Source: a virus
Lineage: Duplodnaviria; Heunggongvirae; Uroviricota; Caudoviricetes
DNA: 64,000 bases
Reading direction: 5' to 3' (one strand)
Virus record (IMG/VR): IMGVR_UViG_3300037466_002980
Coordinates: 96,001 to 160,000 of that record
The notes beneath the pieces are model-generated. The model did not search any database, was not told where the DNA came from, and worked only from the letters and a program-made list of their open reading frames with translations. The position numbers and the translations under genes were made by a program. Shown here piece after piece: positions 1-9,763 of the stretch (positions are counted from its first letter, which is position 1; each line of letters begins with the position of its first letter).

Positions 1-137
1 TCTACACCTTTATGCGCCTTCAATGGTTGTAAATTATTCATTGGCCCTGTATCCTTACAAAGGCAAAGAGTATCACCAATAGCACGTAGTTCCCAAACAT
101 GGTCATAGAGGTAAACTTTATTGATGTTAACATTCAT
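1..137 (-). CDS. Partial (5' end of) late gene, hypothetical, possibly structural
   Basis: Open frame MNVNINKVYLYDHVWELRAIGDTLCLCKDTGPMNNLQPLKAHKGV runs off the window edge; GATAAATA motif at 158-165 upstream. Confidence 0.6.
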   Translation of the reverse strand, partial: MNVNINKVYLYDHVWELRAIGDTLCLCKDTGPMNNLQPLKAHKGV

Positions 138-219
138 TATCGATCCTGCCTTTTCAGTATTTATCACAAAGTAAACCAAAAAAATCCAATCTTCGATTGA
201 ATTATAATAAATAAACCGT

Positions 220-591
220 ATGATAAATTTAGAAGAAATACAAGAAAAATTTCCCTTTTTAACCGGAATACGGTGTCAAAATCAAGAATTTATTGGCATA
301 ATTCAAAATTCTGATGAAAAAATCATCAGTTTCTATGATTACGAGTCAATAAAAACATCAGAGGAAAAAATTCTCTTTCTCCAACATGGCGAAACATGGT
401 GGTGGGAAAGTAATAGATTATTACCTATTAATATATTTCTTCAAGGACAGATGTCGTCTTTTAGATATTGTCTAAAAACAATAATGAATAAAGATGTTGA
501 AATTATGTTTGGTTCCGTTACCAGTTTAAATAACATAATGAAGAAACGAATCAAAAAGCGCCAAATTCAATTAATCAGAAAAGCAGATTAA
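220..591 (+). CDS. Hypothetical phage protein
   Basis: 123-aa ORF preceded by AATAAATA (206-213); no recognisable motif. Confidence 0.7.
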   Translation: MINLEEIQEKFPFLTGIRCQNQEFIGIIQNSDEKIISFYDYESIKTSEEKILFLQHGETWWWESNRLLPINIFLQGQMSSFRYCLKTIMNKDVEIMFGSVTSLNNIMKKRIKKRQIQLIRKAD

Positions 592-1175
592 TTTTCATTT
601 CCCATTTTTTCCAATAGAAGATTCAGATTAACAAGAATTGCTAATGCATAGGCAAGTCCGTGACCACGTTTAAATTGGTAACTATCTGCTGAATTTTTTA
701 CCCAAACTTCTTTACGTATTCTTTCCCAATTTTCTTTCTGTAAATAAGCCTTTGATGGGCGAATTATAGCTAAAATCATTGCTAGATCTTCTACCGACCT
801 GGGTTTATATCTTATCAATAATTCACTATAACCGTTCAAATGAAATAGTTGATCTGTTATTTCAGGAAATTCAAAGAATTCCCAAGGTGGTTCACGCTTC
901 AACAAATCTAATAAATGTTCTTCGTTCTTAATTCCTTCATAAAAATTGACATTAAGAAAATCTACTTTAAAATATCCCAATTCTCCGGCATCCTTATAAT
1001 CGATACTAGAGATATTTGTACTAGGATCTCTTGGAATATTCTGAAAATAAACACCCGTTGGATGTTTATCAAATTTTCCTTCATTCCTATCAATTCGTCC
1101 AAAAACGCAATCTAATCCCGATAATATTTCATCGCGATTGAAAACATCGATATCTACGTCAGTTTGAATTTTCAT
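588..1175 (-). CDS. DNA polymerase III alpha (family C)-like catalytic fragment
   Basis: DnaE motifs in order: TDVDIDV, KHPTGVYF, GYFKVDFL, LAIIRPS, YQFKRGHGLAYA; only 195 aa. Confidence 0.8.
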   Translation of the reverse strand: MKIQTDVDIDVFNRDEILSGLDCVFGRIDRNEGKFDKHPTGVYFQNIPRDPSTNISSIDYKDAGELGYFKVDFLNVNFYEGIKNEEHLLDLLKREPPWEFFEFPEITDQLFHLNGYSELLIRYKPRSVEDLAMILAIIRPSKAYLQKENWERIRKEVWVKNSADSYQFKRGHGLAYALAILVNLNLLLEKMGNEN

Positions 1176-1375
1176 TTCAATAATTTGTCAAATTTCAATT
1201 TGAAGAGTGAGGCTTCTGATTCATCAAAGAAAGTAAAAACATGATAACCAAATTGTTTTAAATTATCTTGATAGATACAATCTGTATTTTGATCCAGCCA
1301 TTCCTCAATCTCTTCTGGTAAATCTTTGCGACGATACCCCAATTTCCATACTGGATAACGAACAACAACTGTCAT
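1172..1375 (-). CDS. Small hypothetical protein (F-x-D-x-x-D/E...F-x-L-K-F family)
   Basis: Overlapping start/stop with neighbours; C-terminal FFDESEASLFKLKF motif. Confidence 0.65.
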   Translation of the reverse strand: MTVVVRYPVWKLGYRRKDLPEEIEEWLDQNTDCIYQDNLKQFGYHVFTFFDESEASLFKLKFDKLLK

Positions 1376-1677
1376 TTGTAATTTTTCTCTTGTTCTAAGC
1401 TATTTTCATGCAATATCATTTTTTCTAACTTCGATAATGTTTTTTCATGCATGCCAAAACGAAGAGTAAACATTGTTAGATCATTTTCATCTGCAAATTC
1501 GATACTTAAATTATCTTTTGATATTCGATAATTCTCTGGGTTCACACATTCATCTAACCAATTTTTATATACTTTCATTTCCTCTTCAGATGGTGCTATA
1601 TAATGCCGGGAAGAAAATGGATTCTGTCTAAAAGGAATTCTAATACAATATGGAAATATAAAATTCTTCTTTTTCAT
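1372..1677 (-). CDS. Small hypothetical protein (same family)
   Basis: IEFADENDLTMFTLRF motif; coupled ORF. Confidence 0.65.
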   Translation of the reverse strand: MKKKNFIFPYCIRIPFRQNPFSSRHYIAPSEEEMKVYKNWLDECVNPENYRISKDNLSIEFADENDLTMFTLRFGMHEKTLSKLEKMILHENSLEQEKNYK

Positions 1678-2366
1678 AATCCTGCCTGTTCCAATAGGTT
1701 CTTTATATATGTAACATCATCCTCGGATTTTTTAAATTTTCTCATCCAAAAACCGGGATCAATAATATTCTGTATCATCTTTGCATGATCATCGTTAAAT
1801 TTATTCATTAATAATTCACCAGTTGAACTTAAATACAATACCCACGGACTTATTTTTCCTGTGTTGATAAGATATGCTGCTTCATTCGGATTAATAATAT
1901 TAAAGAACTTCGAGAATTCACAATTATTTTCATTACACCAATTCATTATTTCAGTAATAGTTCGTTCTACCGCACTTTCGGCAGGTTCTTTTTTAATTAA
2001 ATCTTCGATATAATGTTGATATACAAAATCCTGTGTCCAATCCTTTAATTTGACACTATTCATAATAACAAAATCAATATATTTTTCCATATATACTGGT
2101 TTCAATAATGCAAGATAATTTCCAAATTTTACAAAATCAATATAATATGGACTATTAATAAATTCGTCAGCAGATTTTACCTTCTTGGACTTAGTTGTAA
2201 GATCATAGAAACGCTGAAAGGCTCTAAAACCGATTCTAGAACCTGTGGCATTTAAATCCATGTGTCTTCTTTTCTTAACACACATATGTTTAGAAAGAGT
2301 AGTTTCTTTCTGAAATTTAGTACCACAGAATTGACATTCATAATTCTGTTGCATTTTAGCCTTCAA
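1674..2366 (-). CDS. Zinc-finger-containing hypothetical protein
   Basis: N-terminal CQFCGTKFQKETTLSKHMC (C2H-C type finger). Confidence 0.7.
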   Translation of the reverse strand: MKAKMQQNYECQFCGTKFQKETTLSKHMCVKKRRHMDLNATGSRIGFRAFQRFYDLTTKSKKVKSADEFINSPYYIDFVKFGNYLALLKPVYMEKYIDFVIMNSVKLKDWTQDFVYQHYIEDLIKKEPAESAVERTITEIMNWCNENNCEFSKFFNIINPNEAAYLINTGKISPWVLYLSSTGELLMNKFNDDHAKMIQNIIDPGFWMRKFKKSEDDVTYIKNLLEQAGL

Positions 2367-2900
2367 TTATTTTTCCTTCTGAACCGAAAATAATTCTTTT
2401 ATACTCTTATCATCGAATCCGTTATCTTTAAAGAACTGTTTAAGTTCTTCATCGCTATTTAGTTGAAAAAATAGCTCTAGTTCTTCGTCTCGAAATGTTG
2501 GATAGAAATTAAGAATGGCTTCTTCTAGTTTATTTTTCTTTACGCCTTTACCAGGAGCAATCCATGGATGAAATTGTTTCCTCTTTGTTCCACAAAGTGC
2601 CAATAACTTCCATTGTAAATTTGGATGTTTAGAAATTAAATTGAAATTATGATTTACCAAATCATTTACCATTAATAAATGATGTTCGGGATCACTTTGA
2701 GAAGAACTCATAAACCTCATCAAAACCCATAGGCTTATTTCTTTCTTATGTTGTGGAGATAGATTTTCGTAAAAATCCATCTTCTTATAATCCATTGCAG
2801 GTAACTCCATTGCTAATGTCAACGAATTTTCTTTTTCAGAAGCGATTGTTTCTTCTTCTATATTTTCTTCAGGCAATAACCAATTTTCAAATGAGTCCAT
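2367..2900 (-). CDS. Clamp loader small subunit (T4 gp62-like)
   Basis: LWVLMRFMSS, VNHNFNLISKHPNLQWKLL, KQFHPWI resemble the gp62 family; start moved to MDSFENW at 2900. Confidence 0.6.
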   Translation of the reverse strand: MDSFENWLLPEENIEEETIASEKENSLTLAMELPAMDYKKMDFYENLSPQHKKEISLWVLMRFMSSSQSDPEHHLLMVNDLVNHNFNLISKHPNLQWKLLALCGTKRKQFHPWIAPGKGVKKNKLEEAILNFYPTFRDEELELFFQLNSDEELKQFFKDNGFDDKSIKELFSVQKEK

Positions 2901-3249
2901 CTTTAGATACAAAATAATCGACACTAAATTCATAATCAAAATTATTATAATAATATTGTCGAACTGTTAACATGCCTACTATACACATTTCTTCAGTAAT
3001 AATGCAATACCTTTCACCGGGTTCCAGAACAAGTGTACTATTAAATCTAAAATCAATGTTCTTCTTACCGGCAACCCTAGTAACCAATGTGGGTGAATTT
3101 AATTCAATAACATCATAGGTAATATTAGGTACTCCAGAATATGTTAACCATCGGCCGTCGATTAATGTATAGTCGGGAAGTGGCCTAGGCAACCATGGAT
3201 GTTTAAGAGTTAGAAATACCTTATCTTCTTCTTCAAAAAATCCATTCAT
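2887..3249 (-). CDS. Hypothetical protein
   Basis: 120-aa ORF coupled to neighbours. Confidence 0.6.
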   Translation of the reverse strand: MNGFFEEEDKVFLTLKHPWLPRPLPDYTLIDGRWLTYSGVPNITYDVIELNSPTLVTRVAGKKNIDFRFNSTLVLEPGERYCIITEEMCIVGMLTVRQYYYNNFDYEFSVDYFVSKDGLI

Positions 3250-3749
3250 TCGAATAATGCTCCAATATCGATTACATCAGGTAATTTATTGATTTCTTTC
3301 ACAAATAAGGCACAATTCGGATTTGGTTTATTCTCTAAGGGAACAACTAAGATATTTCCGTTCTTCAATTTCGGAAAATACCATTTAACTTCGGAATAAA
3401 CATTTGTAATATTAATTTCATGTGGCCTAGGAACCATATGTCTAAGTGGATTGAATACCATTGTATGAAATCCTCTATCATTTAAACTAGTCAGAGGCAT
3501 CACTTCTAAATCGCTATAATCTTCATCGCAGACCAATATAGACCAATCCAACGGCATCTGAATAGTATATTCCCCTATTTTCAACACAACCGCCGGTGCA
3601 TAAAAACTTTCTAAGAAAATCAACGGAATAAAGAAATAATCAGGATCTGATGGATCCGAATAATCCATTACACAATAACGAATATCATCTACCTCGTTCG
3701 GAATCTTATCTAGATTATACGCTACATTATCATTGGTTAATATGTTCAT
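3246..3749 (-). CDS. Hypothetical phage protein downstream of UvsW
   Basis: 167-aa beta-rich ORF in operon. Confidence 0.7.
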   Translation of the reverse strand: MNILTNDNVAYNLDKIPNEVDDIRYCVMDYSDPSDPDYFFIPLIFLESFYAPAVVLKIGEYTIQMPLDWSILVCDEDYSDLEVMPLTSLNDRGFHTMVFNPLRHMVPRPHEINITNVYSEVKWYFPKLKNGNILVVPLENKPNPNCALFVKEINKLPDVIDIGALFE

Positions 3750-4134
3750 GTCTTCCTTTCAACCATTTTGATTCTTCATCTTCTCTTATCAATTTGGTTT
3801 TTAATTTGTTAGTTTCTTTTTCATATCTTGCATAGATTCCTTCAGGGCTTCGTTGGCATTTTAATAGATAATCTACCAACATATTTTCGATACCATTATG
3901 TACTATTGCCATATATGAAAGTTGAGTTGCTGAATCACAATGTTCGTCGAAAGAAATTTCAATTAAATCATATTTCAGTTCCCATTTCTGTCTCGGATCG
4001 GTTACATACTGATAAGATGAAATATAAATCTCTTCTTTTAGTTTATTTGCATCAAGAAAAATATCGAGTAGACCAAGATTTTCTTGACTAGCCAATATAC
4101 CTGTTTGAATTACCTTACTATATTCTATTTCCAT
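3730..4134 (-). CDS. Hypothetical protein
   Basis: 134-aa ORF, TAATG-coupled to uvsW. Confidence 0.6.
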   Translation of the reverse strand: MEIEYSKVIQTGILASQENLGLLDIFLDANKLKEEIYISSYQYVTDPRQKWELKYDLIEISFDEHCDSATQLSYMAIVHNGIENMLVDYLLKCQRSPEGIYARYEKETNKLKTKLIREDEESKWLKGRHEHINQ

Positions 4135-5594
4135 TAATATTCTACCTTTGTAACGCTAAATGGATACTCCGATTCATTATAGAATTTTTTTCGTTTTGTT
4201 AAATGCCTCTTAGAGAATTTACAATTAGAACAGATATCATAGACATCTACAAAATCCTTATCAGGTGCTACTCGAATACCTCTACCAATACTCTGAATAA
4301 CTCTAACAAAACTCTTTCCTGCTTCAAATAAAACAAGGTTAAAAATTCGAACAATATTAATACCAGTTGAAGCCACGCCATATGTTGCAATAATAACCTT
4401 ATTATCAACTTCTTGTACTTCTTTATATTCTTCTTTTCTATCTTTTGATTTCATTTTACCCGAAACAAAAATAGAATCTGGAATTAATTTTTCTAACATT
4501 TCTCCCGTCTGAACTCTATCTACAAGAACTAAGGTATTGCCTTTTTCGGAAATATTCTTAACACTTTCTGCCACAAATTTCAAACGATGTTCACTGGTAG
4601 TTAACCATTTCAATTCCTGTTGATAACTATCAAAGACATCACCTAGATCTTGAAGTTGCCAAACATTAATATGAAGTTTAGCTAATATTCCTTTTTCTTG
4701 TAATTCTTTGGTCCTAATTGTTCCTAACATAGGCCCAATGCAAGCAAGAACGGCTAATTTATCAAACTCTTCCTCTGGCATTGTTCCCGTTAGCCCCCAT
4801 CGAATTGGGCAGTCCTTCAAATAAGAACTCAATAATTTTCTTAGAACGTCTGCTTTTGCTTTGTGAACTTCGTCTACGATAACCGCTGTGACACCGCTGA
4901 AGAATTCTTCTATATTGATTGGTAAATCTTCTTCGGATTTCGATTTTTTTGCTAAATTTTCTAGACTTTGCCATGTGCAGATTGTATGGGTTTTTCCATA
5001 TTCCTTTCTATCACCGAAGAATACACCGACATCTAAACCAAAATTTCGATAATCTTCTTCTGTCTGAGTTACTAAATCCTTTGTAGGAACAATAACAATA
5101 CTTCTACCATATGGTTCCACTTTATGGCTTAAAATAGCAGTAATAATTGTTTTTCCTGCACCTGTCGGAGCAATATTAATACCTGTTGGATTTGTTAGAT
5201 AGGAATTTATAACATCAAGTTGATGCTCACGAAGTAAGACAGATTCTCCCGCCTTAGGATGACCTTTGGGCCAAATAATATGAGCATAACTATCCTCATT
5301 AACTTCTTCAAATTCAAATTCCGGAGATGGTTGACGTTGATCGTCAATTTCTATTTCATATCCTTCGTGTTGTATTACAGGCAGCAATTTATCAAGTAAA
5401 TTTAGATAAGATCTACCACCTATATCACAGAATGAAATCTTTCCGTTCCATCTTCCTAATTTGAATGCTGGCGTATGTCTTGCATACGGAACCATAAATT
5501 CCAATGCTTGAACCAATTTACGTCGTGTTGATACATCAAGGTCAGTAAACCGGATGTTTACCTCATCGAGTATCTGTAAGGTTGTTTTTGCCAT
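4134..5594 (-). CDS. uvsW: SF2 DNA helicase UvsW
   Basis: APTGAGKT, VIVDEVH, WGLTGT, IQSIGRGIR; context with UvsX/UvsY. Confidence 0.92.
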   Translation of the reverse strand: MAKTTLQILDEVNIRFTDLDVSTRRKLVQALEFMVPYARHTPAFKLGRWNGKISFCDIGGRSYLNLLDKLLPVIQHEGYEIEIDDQRQPSPEFEFEEVNEDSYAHIIWPKGHPKAGESVLLREHQLDVINSYLTNPTGINIAPTGAGKTIITAILSHKVEPYGRSIVIVPTKDLVTQTEEDYRNFGLDVGVFFGDRKEYGKTHTICTWQSLENLAKKSKSEEDLPINIEEFFSGVTAVIVDEVHKAKADVLRKLLSSYLKDCPIRWGLTGTMPEEEFDKLAVLACIGPMLGTIRTKELQEKGILAKLHINVWQLQDLGDVFDSYQQELKWLTTSEHRLKFVAESVKNISEKGNTLVLVDRVQTGEMLEKLIPDSIFVSGKMKSKDRKEEYKEVQEVDNKVIIATYGVASTGINIVRIFNLVLFEAGKSFVRVIQSIGRGIRVAPDKDFVDVYDICSNCKFSKRHLTKRKKFYNESEYPFSVTKVEY

Positions 5595-6001
5595 TATTCG
5601 CTTAATTCAAAATCTGCTGTACCAACAAGAAGAAAAGTATTTTCATCGGAAATTTTTGCAACAAAGCTAATTTCGTCGATTCGTTTTTCAATTGTTGCAG
5701 AGGTTTTTACAGAAAGTGTTATCATCTCCTTGCTGATTATATATGCATTATCTGTATTATTAATTACTGCATATTCATCTGGTTCAATTTCGATATTAAC
5801 TGTTTTGCCTTTTTCATCTAGGTTTCTAATTATATGAAATTCTTTTGAGACTCCATGTTTTGAAACTAGATTCAAGACATCCTCTTTTAATTTTTTCTTT
5901 GCTTTTCTAATGTCTGAATCAATTTTCTTAGAAACAGATTCATTTGCCATTTTAACCATTTCATCAATATCCATTTTATTCTCCTTATAGAGTTGCATCA
6001 T
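5594..6001 (-). CDS. Hypothetical protein
   Basis: 135-aa ORF in operon; start uncertain. Confidence 0.55.
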   Translation of the reverse strand: MMQLYKENKMDIDEMVKMANESVSKKIDSDIRKAKKKLKEDVLNLVSKHGVSKEFHIIRNLDEKGKTVNIEIEPDEYAVINNTDNAYIISKEMITLSVKTSATIEKRIDEISFVAKISDENTFLLVGTADFELSE

Positions 6002-6446
6002 CTAATCCAGCAACCCTCAATTTAATAATGTGTCCGGTCATAAAATTCTTAGTTTCAAATCCCTTTGAAATTCCTAAAAATTTATTTCTTAACAATGCGA
6101 CTTCGTTTACCAATAATGTTAAATCGATTACATCTTGAACACCATCAACATATTTTTCAGCATCCCTTGAACTTAATACCTTGTTATAGGTTTCTAAAAA
6201 TTTCTTAAATTCCTGCGATCTTTTCTTCTTTAATTCGATATTCAAAAATTCTAATATAGCTTCAATTTCCTGAAGCTGTGAGAATCTATATTCAACCAAA
6301 CCTGGAAGTTCTGCTGCATGTTTTTCAAGAGTTTTTCCTTTTAAAGATAACTCTTTTCTTGCTTCTTCTAATTCGCCTTCAAAATATACAATGCACGGAG
6401 GTACATTGTTAAAACTTGAAACTACTTTGTAATACCAATCTGACAT
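5985..6446 (-). CDS. uvsY: Recombination mediator UvsY
   Basis: Helical ~150 aa, LSSRDAEKYVDG and C-terminal GHIIKLRVAG; between uvsX and uvsW. Confidence 0.8.
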   Translation of the reverse strand: MSDWYYKVVSSFNNVPPCIVYFEGELEEARKELSLKGKTLEKHAAELPGLVEYRFSQLQEIEAILEFLNIELKKKRSQEFKKFLETYNKVLSSRDAEKYVDGVQDVIDLTLLVNEVALLRNKFLGISKGFETKNFMTGHIIKLRVAGLDDATL

Positions 6447-6447
6447 T

Positions 6448-6648
6448 TTAATAAAGTAATGAAATGTGCCATCGTCTAATTATTTCAATGACATCGGGGT
6501 TATCTTTTGTTATTCTTTGCCACCATTCGGAATTTGTTTTTATTTCACGTAAAAGATCTTCATGACTATAAACATATCCCTTGAGTATTTCTACTAATAA
6601 TAAATCGTAATCAACTTTCATTTGCAATGCGATGTAGAATATCGCCAT
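6448..6648 (-). CDS. Hypothetical protein
   Basis: Short ORF filling operon gap. Confidence 0.45.
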   Translation of the reverse strand: MAIFYIALQMKVDYDLLLVEILKGYVYSHEDLLREIKTNSEWWQRITKDNPDVIEIIRRWHISLLY

Positions 6649-6865
6649 GACATGCTAACGGTGCACAGAAACAAATTAAATCTTTTCCTTTTAATTCTTT
6701 TCTTGCTGCCTCTATTAGAGCAGGATTTGACAATAGATATTGTTCAAATCTACGAACCACATCTTCGCGTGTTCCATCTTTGCCTATTACGAAAGGATTT
6801 CCCCATTTACTAGGTCGCCCGATATAAACACCGTTAGATGTGTTTCGTTTATTTAAAACCGCCAT
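6611..6865 (-). CDS. DUF4326-family protein
   Basis: VYIGRPSKWGNPF ... LKGKDLICFCAPLACHGDIL. Confidence 0.88.
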   Translation of the reverse strand: MAVLNKRNTSNGVYIGRPSKWGNPFVIGKDGTREDVVRRFEQYLLSNPALIEAARKELKGKDLICFCAPLACHGDILHRIANES

Positions 6866-6867
6866 TC

Positions 6868-7191
6868 TTAAATCAGTTTATGTACTTTTTTAATCGCAAT
6901 TTCCATAGCCTGAACTAAAAGAACAGCTTTCTGTGTTCTGGTCATTTGCATTCTCTTGATAGCCATAGCTCGTGGAGGGACCCCTAGGTCTTCTGCAAGA
7001 GCCTTATGTACCCTTGTCAGATTGGCAGGTTCAGATATCCATGCAACGTAATCAGCGCCCACAGTTGTATCTCTCATTCCTTCTTTAAACTGCTGGATTT
7101 TCGTTATAGTATCTTGAACATCCTTACGTCTAATTGCTTCAAGTAGCATTTCTCCAGAATTAATCGTTCCAGTCATTGTCTTCCTCATCAT
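6868..7191 (-). CDS. Hypothetical protein
   Basis: 107-aa ORF in operon. Confidence 0.65.
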   Translation of the reverse strand: MMRKTMTGTINSGEMLLEAIRRKDVQDTITKIQQFKEGMRDTTVGADYVAWISEPANLTRVHKALAEDLGVPPRAMAIKRMQMTRTQKAVLLVQAMEIAIKKVHKLI

Positions 7192-7390
7192 ACGAATTTG
7201 ATAGATGACTCTTGGCTGCTGCTGTTAGTTCTTTATCAAGATCTTCGTCTAATAAACTATTTTCGATAAATCCAAATTCATCGAACACAGCAATAAGCGT
7301 ATCGGCTGCCTCTAATCTTTCTTTTGCCGGAATATATGATTTAATTCTAGCCCAGAGCTCTAATAATAAATCGTGTTGATCATTTATCAT
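7160..7390 (-). CDS. Hypothetical protein downstream of UvsX
   Basis: 76-aa acidic-tailed ORF. Confidence 0.7.
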   Translation of the reverse strand: MINDQHDLLLELWARIKSYIPAKERLEAADTLIAVFDEFGFIENSLLDEDLDKELTAAAKSHLSNSYDEEDNDWND

Positions 7391-7391
7391 A

Positions 7392-8492
7392 TCAAACCTC
7401 TTGGTCCACCATTACTGGTACCTGAATACCATCTTCAGGAGAATCATGAATCACCACCCTAAAATCATCGTCTGTGAATTCATCCATAATTACTTTCATC
7501 TTTTCAATATCGTTCCATTCTTTACGGAAGTATTTCATTTCCTCTCCGGTGCGCTTGGAGACATATTTATATCGATTGCCCTCTTTTATAAGAACTCCTG
7601 ATTTTTCAAATAAATCAAACAGGCCGGAAATTGGATTCATACCCGATTCCCACGGAATATCAATCTTGATAGATTCAAATGGTTTTGAGTATCTAGTTTT
7701 AACAACCTTACACGTTGCACGAATTCCTCGCACTTCTGATACCTTGCTTCCATCTTCGTCTTCTTTTAATTTGTATTTCTTCATTGCAACAACAATACTC
7801 GATGCAAAGATAAACCCCGATCCACCGGAAATTTTATCATCGGGATCAAACATATCCTGACTTGCATATGTATGGTTTGTAACTGCCATACCGATATTTA
7901 GGTCTCCAAACATGTTAACGCAATTAGAAACAAATGCCTTCAACTGCTTTGCCTTTCTGCCCATGTCTCCCTTCATATCGCCTTGCTGGAACTGATTAAC
8001 TTCTGTTGGTGTTAATAACATTCCGATTGAGTCAACAATGAATAAGACTTTTGGTCTATCATCTCTTGGCAAATCAAAATAACTTTGTTTATATTCGGTT
8101 ACAAAATCATGAACAATTTTTGCAACTTCATCGACCATCGATGCACTAATACGAAGCATTTTTTCTTCACTAGTATCGACACCTAGATTTTTTAACCATT
8201 TTTCATCTAAGGCATTTTCAGTATCAATCATAACTACGAAAATACCCTGTTCTTGTGCCGCCTTGGCAACATTACCAGATACGATATAGGATTTTCCTGC
8301 ACCAGATTCTCCAGCAAATACAGTTACCTTACCCATTGGAATTCCTCTATAGAAATTTCCGCTAATTAAGTAATTCAATCCGTAAGAACCAGTACTAATC
8401 CAGATATCAGGATCATTGAATCCCGTTGAAATACCTGTAATATTCTTTGTTAAATTTTTTCTAAATTTTGAGATATCAATTGGCTTCGACAT
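7392..8492 (-). CDS. uvsX: RecA-like recombinase UvsX
   Basis: FAGESGAGKS Walker A, IDTENALD, FIVDSIG, TNHTY, SGGSGFIFASS. Confidence 0.95.
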   Translation of the reverse strand: MSKPIDISKFRKNLTKNITGISTGFNDPDIWISTGSYGLNYLISGNFYRGIPMGKVTVFAGESGAGKSYIVSGNVAKAAQEQGIFVVMIDTENALDEKWLKNLGVDTSEEKMLRISASMVDEVAKIVHDFVTEYKQSYFDLPRDDRPKVLFIVDSIGMLLTPTEVNQFQQGDMKGDMGRKAKQLKAFVSNCVNMFGDLNIGMAVTNHTYASQDMFDPDDKISGGSGFIFASSIVVAMKKYKLKEDEDGSKVSEVRGIRATCKVVKTRYSKPFESIKIDIPWESGMNPISGLFDLFEKSGVLIKEGNRYKYVSKRTGEEMKYFRKEWNDIEKMKVIMDEFTDDDFRVVIHDSPEDGIQVPVMVDQEV

Positions 8493-8521
8493 AAGCCTCC
8501 TTCTTAAATAATTGTCATAAG

Positions 8522-8542
8522 AGGGGCGCCTTCACGCCCCAA
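8522..8542 (-). terminator. Hairpin/terminator after ssb
   Basis: GGGGCG-TGAAGG-CGCCCC followed by TCTTAT on minus strand. Confidence 0.55.
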
Positions 8543-8549
8543 TCAGAAT

Positions 8550-9572
8550 TTACTTATTTCTATTTCTGAGCATCGCAAGAATTTCTTGCGGACTCTTTCC
8601 TGCAGCAGAAGAAGAAACAGTTGTTTCCACCTTTTCGGTACTTTCTTCTACGACAGTTGTCGAAGTTGTGGAATCATCTTCGTCGTCTTCAACAATAGGT
8701 GCTGGTGCTGGTTTCGAAACAGGCATTTGTCTTGTAAATGTGTTCTTACGACCTTCAGTGCCTTCCTCGTCGAAGACTGAATCAAACCCACTTGGTTTGT
8801 AATATTGGCCCCATTTATCTGGATCATATAATTCACCATCAAGTGAAGCTTGGAACATTTCGAATTGTATTGCCAACTGTTCCGGTGTTGGCTTCTTTGG
8901 TAGATAACTAGTGAGGTCTACTAATCCATATTGATTAATTGCATCTTGCATTTCTTCAGTTAGACTAGATTCTTTTCTAGCCCACTTCGAAGTTCCATAA
9001 TCAGCAAATCCGCCTTTACTGGTCTTTGATACAATAAAATCTGTACCATTGATATAGTCAACAGGACTATGTTCCATATCTGGATCCAATAATGCTGCTT
9101 TGATAATTGCAAAGATTTGTGGTGTGATAATAAACTTACGAATTGGATTTTCTGGTGGTGTCGCTTCATTGAGTGGATCTTGCTTCACAAAACCTTGCAT
9201 ATAATAGGTACGTTTTACCCAATATGTGCTCGCGGTTTCCTTAAGTGAATCGTCTCTCCACCATGGTCTAACTTCGTTAAGAATAGGACACGAATTTTTT
9301 CCATCCCACATTTCAATGCACGGAATCTGAACTACAACCTTCTTGTTTTCGTCCTGTCCTTTTATGCCGGGAAATGGAAATTTAAATAATTGTCTTTCTG
9401 ACCAAAAGAATGTATTGTTTGAATTAGCATCTGGCAAAAACCTAAGTATTGTCGATGTTCCTTCTGGGATATTCCAGTGTGGATATGTTGTTTTATCCAT
9501 GGAACCTGTTGAATTTCTCTTACCTTCTAACTGACGTAATTTAGCACGGATTTCTTCTAAAGATTTTGACAT
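8550..9572 (-). CDS. Single-stranded DNA-binding protein (T4 gp32-like)
   Basis: LRFLPDA, CIEMWD..CPI, GTDFIVSKTSKGGFADYGTSKW, acidic tail. Confidence 0.9.
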   Translation of the reverse strand: MSKSLEEIRAKLRQLEGKRNSTGSMDKTTYPHWNIPEGTSTILRFLPDANSNNTFFWSERQLFKFPFPGIKGQDENKKVVVQIPCIEMWDGKNSCPILNEVRPWWRDDSLKETASTYWVKRTYYMQGFVKQDPLNEATPPENPIRKFIITPQIFAIIKAALLDPDMEHSPVDYINGTDFIVSKTSKGGFADYGTSKWARKESSLTEEMQDAINQYGLVDLTSYLPKKPTPEQLAIQFEMFQASLDGELYDPDKWGQYYKPSGFDSVFDEEGTEGRKNTFTRQMPVSKPAPAPIVEDDEDDSTTSTTVVEESTEKVETTVSSSAAGKSPQEILAMLRNRNK

Positions 9573-9682
9573 GATTTATAAATTTTCCTTATGTTGAACG
9601 CAATTTCCCCGAGTTGCAGCTTACTTAGGCCACGTTACGCCTGTTCACGCCTTTATGATGTACAACTTTTCGTATAGCAACT

Positions 9683-9712
9683 ATTATACGAAAACTAATA
9701 TCTGTGTGTCAA
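9683..9712 (-). promoter_or_regulatory. Sigma70-type promoter of ssb-uvsX operon
   Basis: TTGACA-N18-TATAAT on minus strand. Confidence 0.75.
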
Positions 9713-9763
9713 GAATTTCAAGATCTTCTACGAAAATCTTGTAATCGTAATTTATTTATCTCT

